From a virus (taxonomy: Duplodnaviria > Caudoviricetes), in IMG/VR virus record IMGVR_UViG_3300036045_000009, positions 1-61,516 of that record: a DNA stretch of 61,516 nucleotides. The stretch is one strand, 5' to 3'. The position numbers and the translations under genes are program-made. Shown here piece by piece: positions 53,970-61,516 of this stretch; positions within the stretch are counted from its first letter, which is position 1, and the number at the start of each line of letters is the position of its first letter. The notes beneath the pieces were generated by a model. It did no database searches. It was not told the DNA's origin and saw nothing but the letters and a program-made list of their open reading frames with translations.

Positions 53970-56086
53970 ACCTCGCGGAAACGCGAGCGGTCGCGCGGCG
54001 TACGGGGGCGACGCGAGTCGTCGACAGCGACTACTTCGCGCTCGAGGGCGGGCTGAACGTCGTCGACGCCTCGCTCAAGGTGAAGCCCGGAGAGTTGCTC
54101 GGCTCCCTGAACTACGAAGCGAAGGCGCGCTCGGGCTATGAGTCACTGCGTGGCTTCGAACGCTACGACGGCCGGTTGCTCCCTTCGCTCGCGCCCTATT
54201 GGGTGCTGAACTTCGACGGTCAGGCGAACGTCGCGAACGACGCCTCCGTCGGCTCGACGGTGACCGCCGGTTCCGGCGGAACCGCGGTCGTGCTCAAGTT
54301 CGACGACCCGAACAATGATGGTATCGGCCGGCTGATCGTTGGCCGACTCGTCGGCAGTTTCACCGACAACACCTCTCTCACCAGCGGCTCGTACTCGGCG
54401 CTGTTGAACGGCGCGCCACAGCAGAACACGGCCGCAACCGATGAAGAGGACGAAGAATTCCGCGCGCTCGCGATCGCGGATCAGCGCGCGCAGATAGCCG
54501 CTGTGCCGGGCGAAGGCAAGGTGCTTGGCGTCGTGATCTATCGCGGCGTGACCTACGCGCTGCGCAACAACGTCGGCAACACAGCCGCGGTGCTGCACAA
54601 GTCCACGACAACCGGCTGGACGGCGGTAAGCCTGGGGTGGAAGCTGAAGTTTACTGCCGGGCAGGCGGCTGCAGTCGCGGAAGGCGACACGCTCACCGGC
54701 AACACGTCGACCGCGACTGGCATCGTGCGAAAGATCGTGGTCACGGCGGGCACGTTCGCGGGCAACAACGCCGTGGGCTACTTCATCCTGACCGGAGTCA
54801 GCGGCACGTACTCGAACGGCGAAAGCCTGCGGGTCGGCGGCACGAACCGGGCGACAGCAGACGGCGCGAGCGCTGCGCAGACGCTCTCGCCGAATGGCCG
54901 GTTCGAGTTCCGCGTCCACAACTTCTACGGCCACACGCGGACCACTCGCCTGTACGGCGTCGACGGCGTGAACAAGGCGTTCGAGTACCAAGACGGAACG
55001 GGCGAGTTCTTCTGCCTCATCGACACGGGCATGTCGCAGGACAAGCCGAATCACCTTGCCGTGTGGCAGGGCCAACTGTGGCTGACGTTCCCCGGCGGCA
55101 GCATTCAGAAGTCCGGCGTGAACGACCCGGCGCTCTTCACCGTGCTGTCGGGCGCCGCCGAGCTCGCAATCGGCGATGAGCCGACGGGGCTGCTTGAAGA
55201 AGTCGGCACGGTCATGTTCATTTTCTCGCGCGACCGCACGAGTTACATCGAAGGAAACCCCGCGGACGGTTACGCGCTGCGCACCTTCAACCCTGAAGTG
55301 GGGGCCTTCGAGCACACGATCCAGCGCATCGGCCAAGGCACGTATCTCGACGATCGCGGCTTCGCCACGCTCGCAACGACCGACCGATTCGGCAACTACG
55401 CCGGCAATTCGATCAGCGAGAAGATCGCGCCGCTCATCAAACCTATCAAGACGCGCGCGATCGCAAGCTGCATATCCCGCAACTACGACCGCTACCGCTG
55501 CTTTCTCGACGACGGGCAGTTCTTCTCGATCACGTTCCGCGACAGAAAGCCGATCGCGCACATGCGCTGCGAGTACCCGAAAGTGGTGCGCTGCGTGTGG
55601 AGCGGCGAGGACAGCGTTGGCGACGAGCGCATCGTATTCGGTTCGGACGACGGATTCGTGTACGTCGCCGACTCGGGCACGAGTTTCGATGGGGCTGCCA
55701 TCGTTACGTTCATGCGCCTGCCGTTCCATCACTCGCGCGCGCCGAGCCGCGTGAAGCGCTATCGCGCCGCCGAGTTCGACATCGTGCTCGAAGGCAAGTG
55801 CTCGGTGTCGATCGGTGTCGACTACACATACGCGCGGGCCGACGTGCGCGGCGATCCGACTCGCGTCATTGAACTCCTGGGCGGCGGCGGATTCTGGGAC
55901 GTGAGTTTGTGGGATCAGTTCCGCTGGAACGCCGGTTTCTCGGCCCGCGCCAACGTCAAGTTGGAAGCGAGCGGCCAGAACCTCTCTTTTCTCATCGCGA
56001 GCAACAGCGCGGCGAACGCGAGCCATGCCGTCGACGGCGTGCGCTTGCTGCTCACCTACCGACGGCTCGAGCGGGGTGTGGGATGA
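53966..56086 (+). CDS. Tail nozzle / packaged-DNA stabilisation protein
   Basis: 706-aa beta-propeller-like protein, GGLN start, SISEKI, GSDDGFVY..DSGTSFDG. Confidence 0.8.
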   Translation: MNLAETRAVARRTGATRVVDSDYFALEGGLNVVDASLKVKPGELLGSLNYEAKARSGYESLRGFERYDGRLLPSLAPYWVLNFDGQANVANDASVGSTVTAGSGGTAVVLKFDDPNNDGIGRLIVGRLVGSFTDNTSLTSGSYSALLNGAPQQNTAATDEEDEEFRALAIADQRAQIAAVPGEGKVLGVVIYRGVTYALRNNVGNTAAVLHKSTTTGWTAVSLGWKLKFTAGQAAAVAEGDTLTGNTSTATGIVRKIVVTAGTFAGNNAVGYFILTGVSGTYSNGESLRVGGTNRATADGASAAQTLSPNGRFEFRVHNFYGHTRTTRLYGVDGVNKAFEYQDGTGEFFCLIDTGMSQDKPNHLAVWQGQLWLTFPGGSIQKSGVNDPALFTVLSGAAELAIGDEPTGLLEEVGTVMFIFSRDRTSYIEGNPADGYALRTFNPEVGAFEHTIQRIGQGTYLDDRGFATLATTDRFGNYAGNSISEKIAPLIKPIKTRAIASCISRNYDRYRCFLDDGQFFSITFRDRKPIAHMRCEYPKVVRCVWSGEDSVGDERIVFGSDDGFVYVADSGTSFDGAAIVTFMRLPFHHSRAPSRVKRYRAAEFDIVLEGKCSVSIGVDYTYARADVRGDPTRVIELLGGGGFWDVSLWDQFRWNAGFSARANVKLEASGQNLSFLIASNSAANASHAVDGVRLLLTYRRLERGVG

Positions 56087-56826
56087 GCCGATACTGGAAC
56101 TGGACATCCAATCTGTCGCCGGGCGAGATCGCGCGCTCGCAGGAAGTGAACGACAACTTCAGCGCGATCGACGCCGGTCTCGATGCGGTCGAGCTCGAAA
56201 TGAACCGCTCGATCCGGTTCACCAACGATTCCAATCCGGCAGAGTCGTACTTCCAGATCGCTGAGTCGCCCGCGCAGCGCGCGAGCAAGGCGCTCGGCTT
56301 CGACTCCGCTGGAAAGGCCGCCATCGTCAGTGTGCTGTGGAACTGGCGAGACGCCTGGCTTACGTCGACCGCGTACGCCGTGAACGATGTCGTGTCGCAA
56401 GGCGCGGAGAAATCGCTGTACGTGTGCCGCGTGGCGCACACCTCAGGCACGTTCGCAACGGACTTGGCCGCGTCAAAGTGGACGAAGGTCATCGACCTCA
56501 CTGAGGTGTCACGTGCTATTCGCAAACAGCAAATAGTCACGAATGCGATGTCGCCGTTTGTCGCGACCGCGGGCGACGACCTGCTTGTCGACGTCGCCGG
56601 CGGCGCGGTCACGATCACGTTGCCGGCGTCGCCGTCGATCAACGATCAAGCCATCAGCATCACCCACATCGACGGGAACATCGGCACGAACAACATCACC
56701 GTCGCGCGCAACGGCAATCTCATCATGGCGCTCGCCGAGAACATGGTCGTGAACGACACGAACGCCGCCTTCGAGCTCGCGTACTCCGATGCGTCTCGAG
56801 GGTGGCGCCTCGTTCGCGGAACATGA
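56083..56826 (+). CDS. Proximal tail fibre / fibre-anchoring protein
   Basis: EVNDNFSAI tail-attachment motif, [17 protein letters not shown] module, C-terminal VTITLPASP...ITVARNG...GW domain. Confidence 0.75.
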   Translation: MSRYWNWTSNLSPGEIARSQEVNDNFSAIDAGLDAVELEMNRSIRFTNDSNPAESYFQIAESPAQRASKALGFDSAGKAAIVSVLWNWRDAWLTSTAYAVNDVVSQGAEKSLYVCRVAHTSGTFATDLAASKWTKVIDLTEVSRAIRKQQIVTNAMSPFVATAGDDLLVDVAGGAVTITLPASPSINDQAISITHIDGNIGTNNITVARNGNLIMALAENMVVNDTNAAFELAYSDASRGWRLVRGT

Positions 56827-57338
56827 GCACCTACCGCCTGCTGCGTGTGTTGGGTCCGCCGGGGCCCGTTGGCCCCAACGGACCGACCGGCCCGTCAAGT
56901 CCAGGCCCAACCGGACCTCCTGGACCGACGGGGCCGAACGGACCGAATGGACCCGCGGGACCCACCGGACCCGCAGGTCCCACAGGTCCAACTGGTCCGA
57001 CGGGTCCCGCTGGATTGGGGCCGACAGGTCCCGCAGGGCCTCCGGGTCCGTCGGGTTCGCCGGGCGGCGCCGGTCCTCCTGGGCCTGCGGGCTCGACAGG
57101 TCCGACTGGACCGACCGGACCTACAGGTCCTACCGGACCCAATGGCCCACCCGGACCGACCGGCCCGACAGGTCCTACCGGACCCACAGGTCCCACGGGG
57201 CCCACGGGGCCCGCCGGACCCACTGGCCCCACAGGACCAGCGGGCGCAACGGGCGGACCCGGACCGACCGGGCCAGCCGGGCCCACCGGGCCCACTGGAC
57301 CCACTGGACCGACGGGGCCCGTTGGCCCGCCGGGGTAA
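56823..57338 (+). CDS. Collagen-like protein 1
   Basis: 10-aa leader then about 50 Gly-Pro-X triplets up to the stop codon. Confidence 0.85.
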   Translation: MSTYRLLRVLGPPGPVGPNGPTGPSSPGPTGPPGPTGPNGPNGPAGPTGPAGPTGPTGPTGPAGLGPTGPAGPPGPSGSPGGAGPPGPAGSTGPTGPTGPTGPTGPNGPPGPTGPTGPTGPTGPTGPTGPAGPTGPTGPAGATGGPGPTGPAGPTGPTGPTGPTGPVGPPG

Positions 57339-57348
57339 GGGCGAGCCC

Positions 57349-57510
57349 GTGCACTGGCTCACCATCGACACGCCGGACGCGATTTTCGTCGTGCCCGACA
57401 ACGCCCGCCATCTGCTCGATCCAGATGGCCTGTGCTGCGCGTGCGAGCCGATCGTCGAGCGCGAGCCCGACTACCGCTGCAACGTCGTCGTGCACCGCGA
57501 GGATGCGTGA
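57349..57510 (+). CDS. Small Cys/His protein (53 aa)
   Basis: H...CCAC.P...VVH; coupled to collagen gene 2. Confidence 0.6.
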   Translation: MHWLTIDTPDAIFVVPDNARHLLDPDGLCCACEPIVEREPDYRCNVVVHREDA

Positions 57511-58340
57511 GCACGTATCGGCAGTTCGTGGTCATGCGCGAAGGCGGGCCGGGGCCGAGTGGCCCGATCGGCGTGCCCGGCACACCCGGCCCCACCGGCG
57601 GCAGTGGTCCCGCTGGCCCATCAGGTCCGCCCGGTCCCACTGGCCCGTCGCCGACCGGGCCAACAGGTCCAAACGGCCCGCCTGGCCCCACTGGCCCGTC
57701 GCTTCCTGAATTCACGGGCCCTGTCGGCCCGACTGGACCTCCCGGTCCTTCGCCGCCGGGGCCTCCTGGGCCGACTGGCGCGACAGGCCCAACAGGTCCA
57801 ACCGGGCCATCGCCAACCGGACCCTCAGGACCGACTGGCCCAACCGGACCGACCGGGCCATCGCCAACGGGGCCCGCGGGGCCAACCGGCCCTACCGGGC
57901 CTTCACCGCTCGGACCGCCCGGCCCGTCTCCGGCTGGTCCTCCAGGCCCAACCGGACCTCCTGGGCCAACCGGCCCCACCGGACCTACGGGTCCAACAGG
58001 GCCTACAGGCATCAACGCGGGGCTCAGTCCTGTCGACAGACTGGTGATTATTCCGGAGCCCGGCGGAACCGTTGGCCCAAGAAATGCACCGACGATGCCA
58101 GCGTCGTACACCGGTGGCGCGCCCGGTACGCCGACCTACGGGTGGGCCTTAATTGCGCCGAACTTCCCAGGCGCGTCGTTCCAAAACCCGGCTGGAGCGT
58201 CGAGCCAGATTGTAGGTTTCCCAGGCCCGCTCGGCGCAGGAAATCCAACACAGGGCGTGCGGGTGACCGTCACAGACCCCCTCAGTAACGCCGCTACGCA
58301 AGACGCCATAGCGAGCCTGACTATCGAGGACGGGACTTAG
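57507..58340 (+). CDS. Collagen-like protein 2 with C-terminal globular domain
   Basis: GPT/GPP triplets with SP interruptions; C-terminal beta domain ending VRVTVTD. Confidence 0.85.
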   Translation: MSTYRQFVVMREGGPGPSGPIGVPGTPGPTGGSGPAGPSGPPGPTGPSPTGPTGPNGPPGPTGPSLPEFTGPVGPTGPPGPSPPGPPGPTGATGPTGPTGPSPTGPSGPTGPTGPTGPSPTGPAGPTGPTGPSPLGPPGPSPAGPPGPTGPPGPTGPTGPTGPTGPTGINAGLSPVDRLVIIPEPGGTVGPRNAPTMPASYTGGAPGTPTYGWALIAPNFPGASFQNPAGASSQIVGFPGPLGAGNPTQGVRVTVTDPLSNAATQDAIASLTIEDGT

Positions 58341-58343
58341 GCC

Positions 58344-59354
58344 GTGGCGAACGTTGTTATTACCAGCGTGCTCCTGAACGGCTACAACCTCGACGGCGGG
58401 GCGAAGTCGGTTGAAATCGCGCGCCACCGCGATTGCGTCGCGCACCAGTTGTCGATCGCGATCACGCCGGCCGCAGGCTCGGGAACGCTGCGCGTGCGCG
58501 GCGTGCCGAGCGGCTCGAAGATGGCGCCAGTCATCATCAGCGCGGCGCTGGAGTCGATCGCGCTCAACGCCGGCAATCAGACGTTCGTCATTCAGGGCAT
58601 GTTCGAGCACCTGGAGTTCGTGCCCTCGAGTCCGCCCGCGAACACGCTCATCACCGTCAGTCTCGTATCCACCCCCGGCGACCTGCGGTCGGGGCCTCCT
58701 GGACCCACAGGTCCGACGGGACCTGGCGGCGGGCCGCCTGGACCGCCAGGCCCATCCGGTACCGGGCCAACTGGACCGCCTGGTCCTACTGGCCCGAGCG
58801 GGCCGGCGGGACCCGCGGGACCAAGCGGGGCAAGTGGCCCCACGGGACCGAGCGGACCTCCGGGTCCAGCGGGTCCGCCCGGCGGGCCTCCGGGACCGAC
58901 AGGTCCAACGGGGGCAGATGGTCCCCCAGGCCCTGCCGGACCCCCAGGGCCATCTGGCCCTGCAGGACCGACAGGTCCAACCGGGCCAACAGGTCCGAAT
59001 GGGCCCCCCGGTCCCACGGGCCCCGCTGGTCCGAATGGACCGACGGGGCCAGCGGGGACGGCTGGCTCGGTCTGGTTCAGCCAAGCCGGCGCGCCGCCAG
59101 CGCCGACGGGCGTCAACGGCGATCACGCGCTCAACACCACGAACGGGGAAATCCTCGAAAAGATCAGCGGCACGTGGACGTCGCAGGGAAACATCACCGG
59201 GCCCGCGGGACCCACCGGACCCGCTGGCGGCGCTGGTCCGACGGGCCCCACGGGGCCGACAGGTCCCAATGGCCCACCGGGCCCCACAGGACCGACGGGC
59301 CCAACAGGGCCATCCGGCTCCGGCGACACCCTGCTCTACATGTTCCTGAATTGA
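58344..59354 (+). CDS. Collagen-like protein 3 with N-terminal beta domain
   Basis: Two collagen tracts separated by a GSVW...GVNGD...W..GNITGP knob. Confidence 0.85.
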   Translation: MANVVITSVLLNGYNLDGGAKSVEIARHRDCVAHQLSIAITPAAGSGTLRVRGVPSGSKMAPVIISAALESIALNAGNQTFVIQGMFEHLEFVPSSPPANTLITVSLVSTPGDLRSGPPGPTGPTGPGGGPPGPPGPSGTGPTGPPGPTGPSGPAGPAGPSGASGPTGPSGPPGPAGPPGGPPGPTGPTGADGPPGPAGPPGPSGPAGPTGPTGPTGPNGPPGPTGPAGPNGPTGPAGTAGSVWFSQAGAPPAPTGVNGDHALNTTNGEILEKISGTWTSQGNITGPAGPTGPAGGAGPTGPTGPTGPNGPPGPTGPTGPTGPSGSGDTLLYMFLN

Positions 59355-59361
59355 GGCAGCC

Positions 59362-60222
59362 ATGATCCTGCTCACCAGCACGTCCGACCTGATCCGCGTA
59401 GTGAGCTCCGGCACGTCGGCGCTCGATGTCCAAGCGACTGCGATGGACATGAACCCGACGAACACCGATCGCCCGACCGGCTATCGCAAGAACACGGCAA
59501 TCACCACGGCCACGACGACGACGGTGGTCGAAAGCCCGGCGTCGAACGTCATCCGCTCGCTGAAAACGCTCTCGATCCGCAACAAGGGCGCGGGCACGCA
59601 GACGGTCACTATCCTGCACACCGACGGCACGACGGTCGTCGAAGTCATCGAAGCCATCCTCGCGCCCGATACTTCGCTCCAGTACCACGAAGCCGCGGGC
59701 TGGTGGGTGACGGACACGCAGGGGCGGGCTGCGGTCGTGAACTTTACGAACGTCGGCACGCCGGTCGCGGGCTCCGACACGATTACGACGCTTTCGTCGG
59801 ACGTAACGAACAACAACGGCACCGCGAACACGATTCAGGACGTGACCGGGCTTTCGTTCTCGGTATTGGCCGGGAAGATGTACGACTTCGAGTTCAACAT
59901 CGTCTACACCGCGGCGGCGACCACGACCGGCTCGCGCTGGTCGATCAGCGGGCCGGCGTCGCCCACGTACCTCGACTACACCAGCGAATACTCGCTGACG
60001 ACGACGACGACGACACGCAACGCGCTGGTGCAGGCGTATGACTCGCCTGCCGCAAGCAACGCCACGAGCGCCGCGACCGGCAACAACCGGGCGTACATCA
60101 ACGGCGTCATCCAACCGAGCGCCGATGGCACGGTCATCGCGCGATTCGCGTCGGAAGTCGCCTCGAGCGCGATCGTCGCGAAAATCGGCAGTTGGGTGCG
60201 CTTCCGCCAGATCACCGCATAA
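59362..60222 (+). CDS. Thr-rich beta protein, probable fibre tip or appendage
   Basis: DVTGLSFSV...VKIGSW-like ending reminiscent of C1q/BclA-C type domains; follows the collagen genes. Confidence 0.6.
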   Translation: MILLTSTSDLIRVVSSGTSALDVQATAMDMNPTNTDRPTGYRKNTAITTATTTTVVESPASNVIRSLKTLSIRNKGAGTQTVTILHTDGTTVVEVIEAILAPDTSLQYHEAAGWWVTDTQGRAAVVNFTNVGTPVAGSDTITTLSSDVTNNNGTANTIQDVTGLSFSVLAGKMYDFEFNIVYTAAATTTGSRWSISGPASPTYLDYTSEYSLTTTTTTRNALVQAYDSPAASNATSAATGNNRAYINGVIQPSADGTVIARFASEVASSAIVAKIGSWVRFRQITA

Positions 60223-60237
60223 AACGACAGGACTGCC

Positions 60238-60870
60238 ATGTATCACCGGACCGGATACTTCTTCGAGCCGCCTGCGCTCGCAGCCGACTACCCCTCGCAT
60301 GTGCAGTGGACGGCGGAGAACGCGATCCTCTCGCCGCCGGACTGCGCGGCACTCATAGAGATCGCCAACCGCATCGGGTGGTCGCCGGCAGCCGTCGGCT
60401 CAGGTGATCGCATGCGAATCGACCCGGCCTACCGCTGCGTGAGCATTGCGAGTATCCCGTACACCGCCGAAGTGGCGTGGTTGTACGAGCGCGTCACATC
60501 GCGAATCCATTGGGCCAACTGCGCGTACTGGCGCTTCGACCTCACGGGCCTGCTCGAACCCTTCCAAGTCCTGAGATACGAAGCGCCGAAGGAGCCGGAC
60601 GCGATTCCCGGTCACTACGACTGGCATCAGGACTTCGGCGCCGGGCAGATGGGGCGGCGCAAGCTCACGTTCCTCGCGCAGATGTCGGCGCCGAGCGACT
60701 ACGACGGCTGTGACTTGACGCTGATGTCGCACCAGCAGGAAAAGATGCCCTACCGAAATGCTGGCGATGCGATCGCGTTCCCGTGCTGGACCCCGCACCA
60801 GGTGTCTGCGATCAGCCGCGGCACCCGCTACGCCCTGGTGAACTGGATTCACGGTCCCCCCTTGCGCTGA
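60238..60870 (+). CDS. 2OG-Fe(II) oxygenase (prolyl-hydroxylase/PKHD-like)
   Basis: HYDWHQD (HxD), RKLT, FPCWTPHQV (distal His), GTRYALVNW (2OG-binding Arg). Confidence 0.9.
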   Translation: MYHRTGYFFEPPALAADYPSHVQWTAENAILSPPDCAALIEIANRIGWSPAAVGSGDRMRIDPAYRCVSIASIPYTAEVAWLYERVTSRIHWANCAYWRFDLTGLLEPFQVLRYEAPKEPDAIPGHYDWHQDFGAGQMGRRKLTFLAQMSAPSDYDGCDLTLMSHQQEKMPYRNAGDAIAFPCWTPHQVSAISRGTRYALVNWIHGPPLR

Positions 60871-60891
60871 CAGTTCCCTCGTATACATGAG
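60861..60891 (+). promoter_or_regulatory. Putative late promoter motif, copy 4
   Basis: CTTGCGCTGACAGTTCCCTCG is identical to copy 3 over 21 nt; precedes the ejection operon. Confidence 0.7.
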
Positions 60892-60924
60892 GCACATGCA
60901 GACGCCCCTCACCGGAGCGAATTC

Positions 60925-61095
60925 GTGCGTGTGACCAACCCCGCCGGCCGTTCAGCGTCGAGAAAGGCGCGCGACGAAGCCGACGAGATCCGCGAGATCA
61001 ATCGCGCGATGTTGGCGTGGTCGATGAACTCGCGCGCGGCCGCGTCGGTCCCCGCACGTGAAAAGTCGCGAGTCGATGGCCGTCTCGGCAAGTAA
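60925..61095 (+). CDS. Small hypothetical protein (56 aa)
   Basis: GGAG RBS 7 nt before GTG; overlaps the next ATG. Confidence 0.4.
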   Translation: MRVTNPAGRSASRKARDEADEIREINRAMLAWSMNSRAAASVPAREKSRVDGRLGK

Positions 61096-61516
61096 CGAAC
61101 CGGCCACGGATCAGCGTCGGTTGGGCCCGCCGCCGCCGACGAAGATTTACGACAGCGGTTCGCAACTGATCCCGATGCCGGGACCGTCGGACACGATCCA
61201 ACCCATCACGCCGTCGGCGACGAGCATACCGTTCTCGCGCGAGGACACGAGCGGCGCGTCCATCAGGCAGCCGCAGGCGCCCGCTGCTCAGCCATCGCAA
61301 AGTGGCCTGCCGGGGCAAGGCGCGAGCACCGCGCAACCTCCGCCAAGCGCGCAGCCCGCGCTGATCCCGCCACAGCGCATGGCGACTGCTCCGGTGACGG
61401 CGGCACCTGTCGTTGCCGGCGTCAGCACGAAGGAGACCGCGGCCGGCCAACTGCAGGCGTTGTTGAGCGAGCAGTCGCCCCTGCTCATTTCCGCGCGCAC
61501 GCGCGCGCAGGAAATG
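61076..61516 (+). CDS. 5' part of the junction-spanning ejection protein (continues to 1214)
   Basis: ATG 61076, open and in frame with ORF 63..1214. Confidence 0.7.
   Translation, partial: MAVSASNEPATDQRRLGPPPPTKIYDSGSQLIPMPGPSDTIQPITPSATSIPFSREDTSGASIRQPQAPAAQPSQSGLPGQGASTAQPPPSAQPALIPPQRMATAPVTAAPVVAGVSTKETAAGQLQALLSEQSPLLISARTRAQEM
61194..61516. repeat. Terminal direct repeat / circular overlap, right copy
   Basis: Matches 1-323 with 4 mismatches. Confidence 0.95.

Noticed and set aside
47565-56107. Long antisense ORFs (47565-49403, 50885-52390, 54143-56107)
   Set aside because: Typical stop-poor shadows opposite strongly biased GC-rich genes; no motifs
56850-59330. Possible CRISPR array or DNA tandem repeat; antisense GPV-rich ORFs
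   Set aside because: The 9-nt periodicity has variable third positions and encodes Gly-Pro-X; no repeat-spacer structure; the minus-strand ORFs are mirrors of GGN-CCN codons

Overview
The window is a complete, circularly closed, GC-rich temperate podovirus-like phage genome. The unit length is about 61,193 bp, because 1-323 is repeated at 61194-61516. Modules in order: putative ejection and receptor-binding proteins (61076 across the junction to 9113); a 4,643-aa DarB-like polyvalent protein with zeta-toxin-like kinase, N6-adenine methyltransferase, Strawberry-notch helicase, metallopeptidase, GNAT-like and LPD38-like parts; the large terminase, displaced from its usual position; a lysis cassette containing a peptide deformylase; a large serine integrase whose 3' end carries a tRNA-Glu-derived att core; a leftward early/recombination operon with an intein-containing DNA methyltransferase and a Mom-like protein; a lambda-like cI/cro/cII switch with five operator copies; replication genes; TerS, portal, scaffold, capsid, adaptor and nozzle; and three collagen-like fibre genes followed by a 2OG-Fe(II) oxygenase. 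The most unusual signal is a set of four protein-like ORFs nested in the +1 frame of the giant gene, placed directly after its enzyme domains. One of them carries a close copy of this phage's own terminase Walker-B motif. All functional calls come from motif recognition by eye; no database searches were run.
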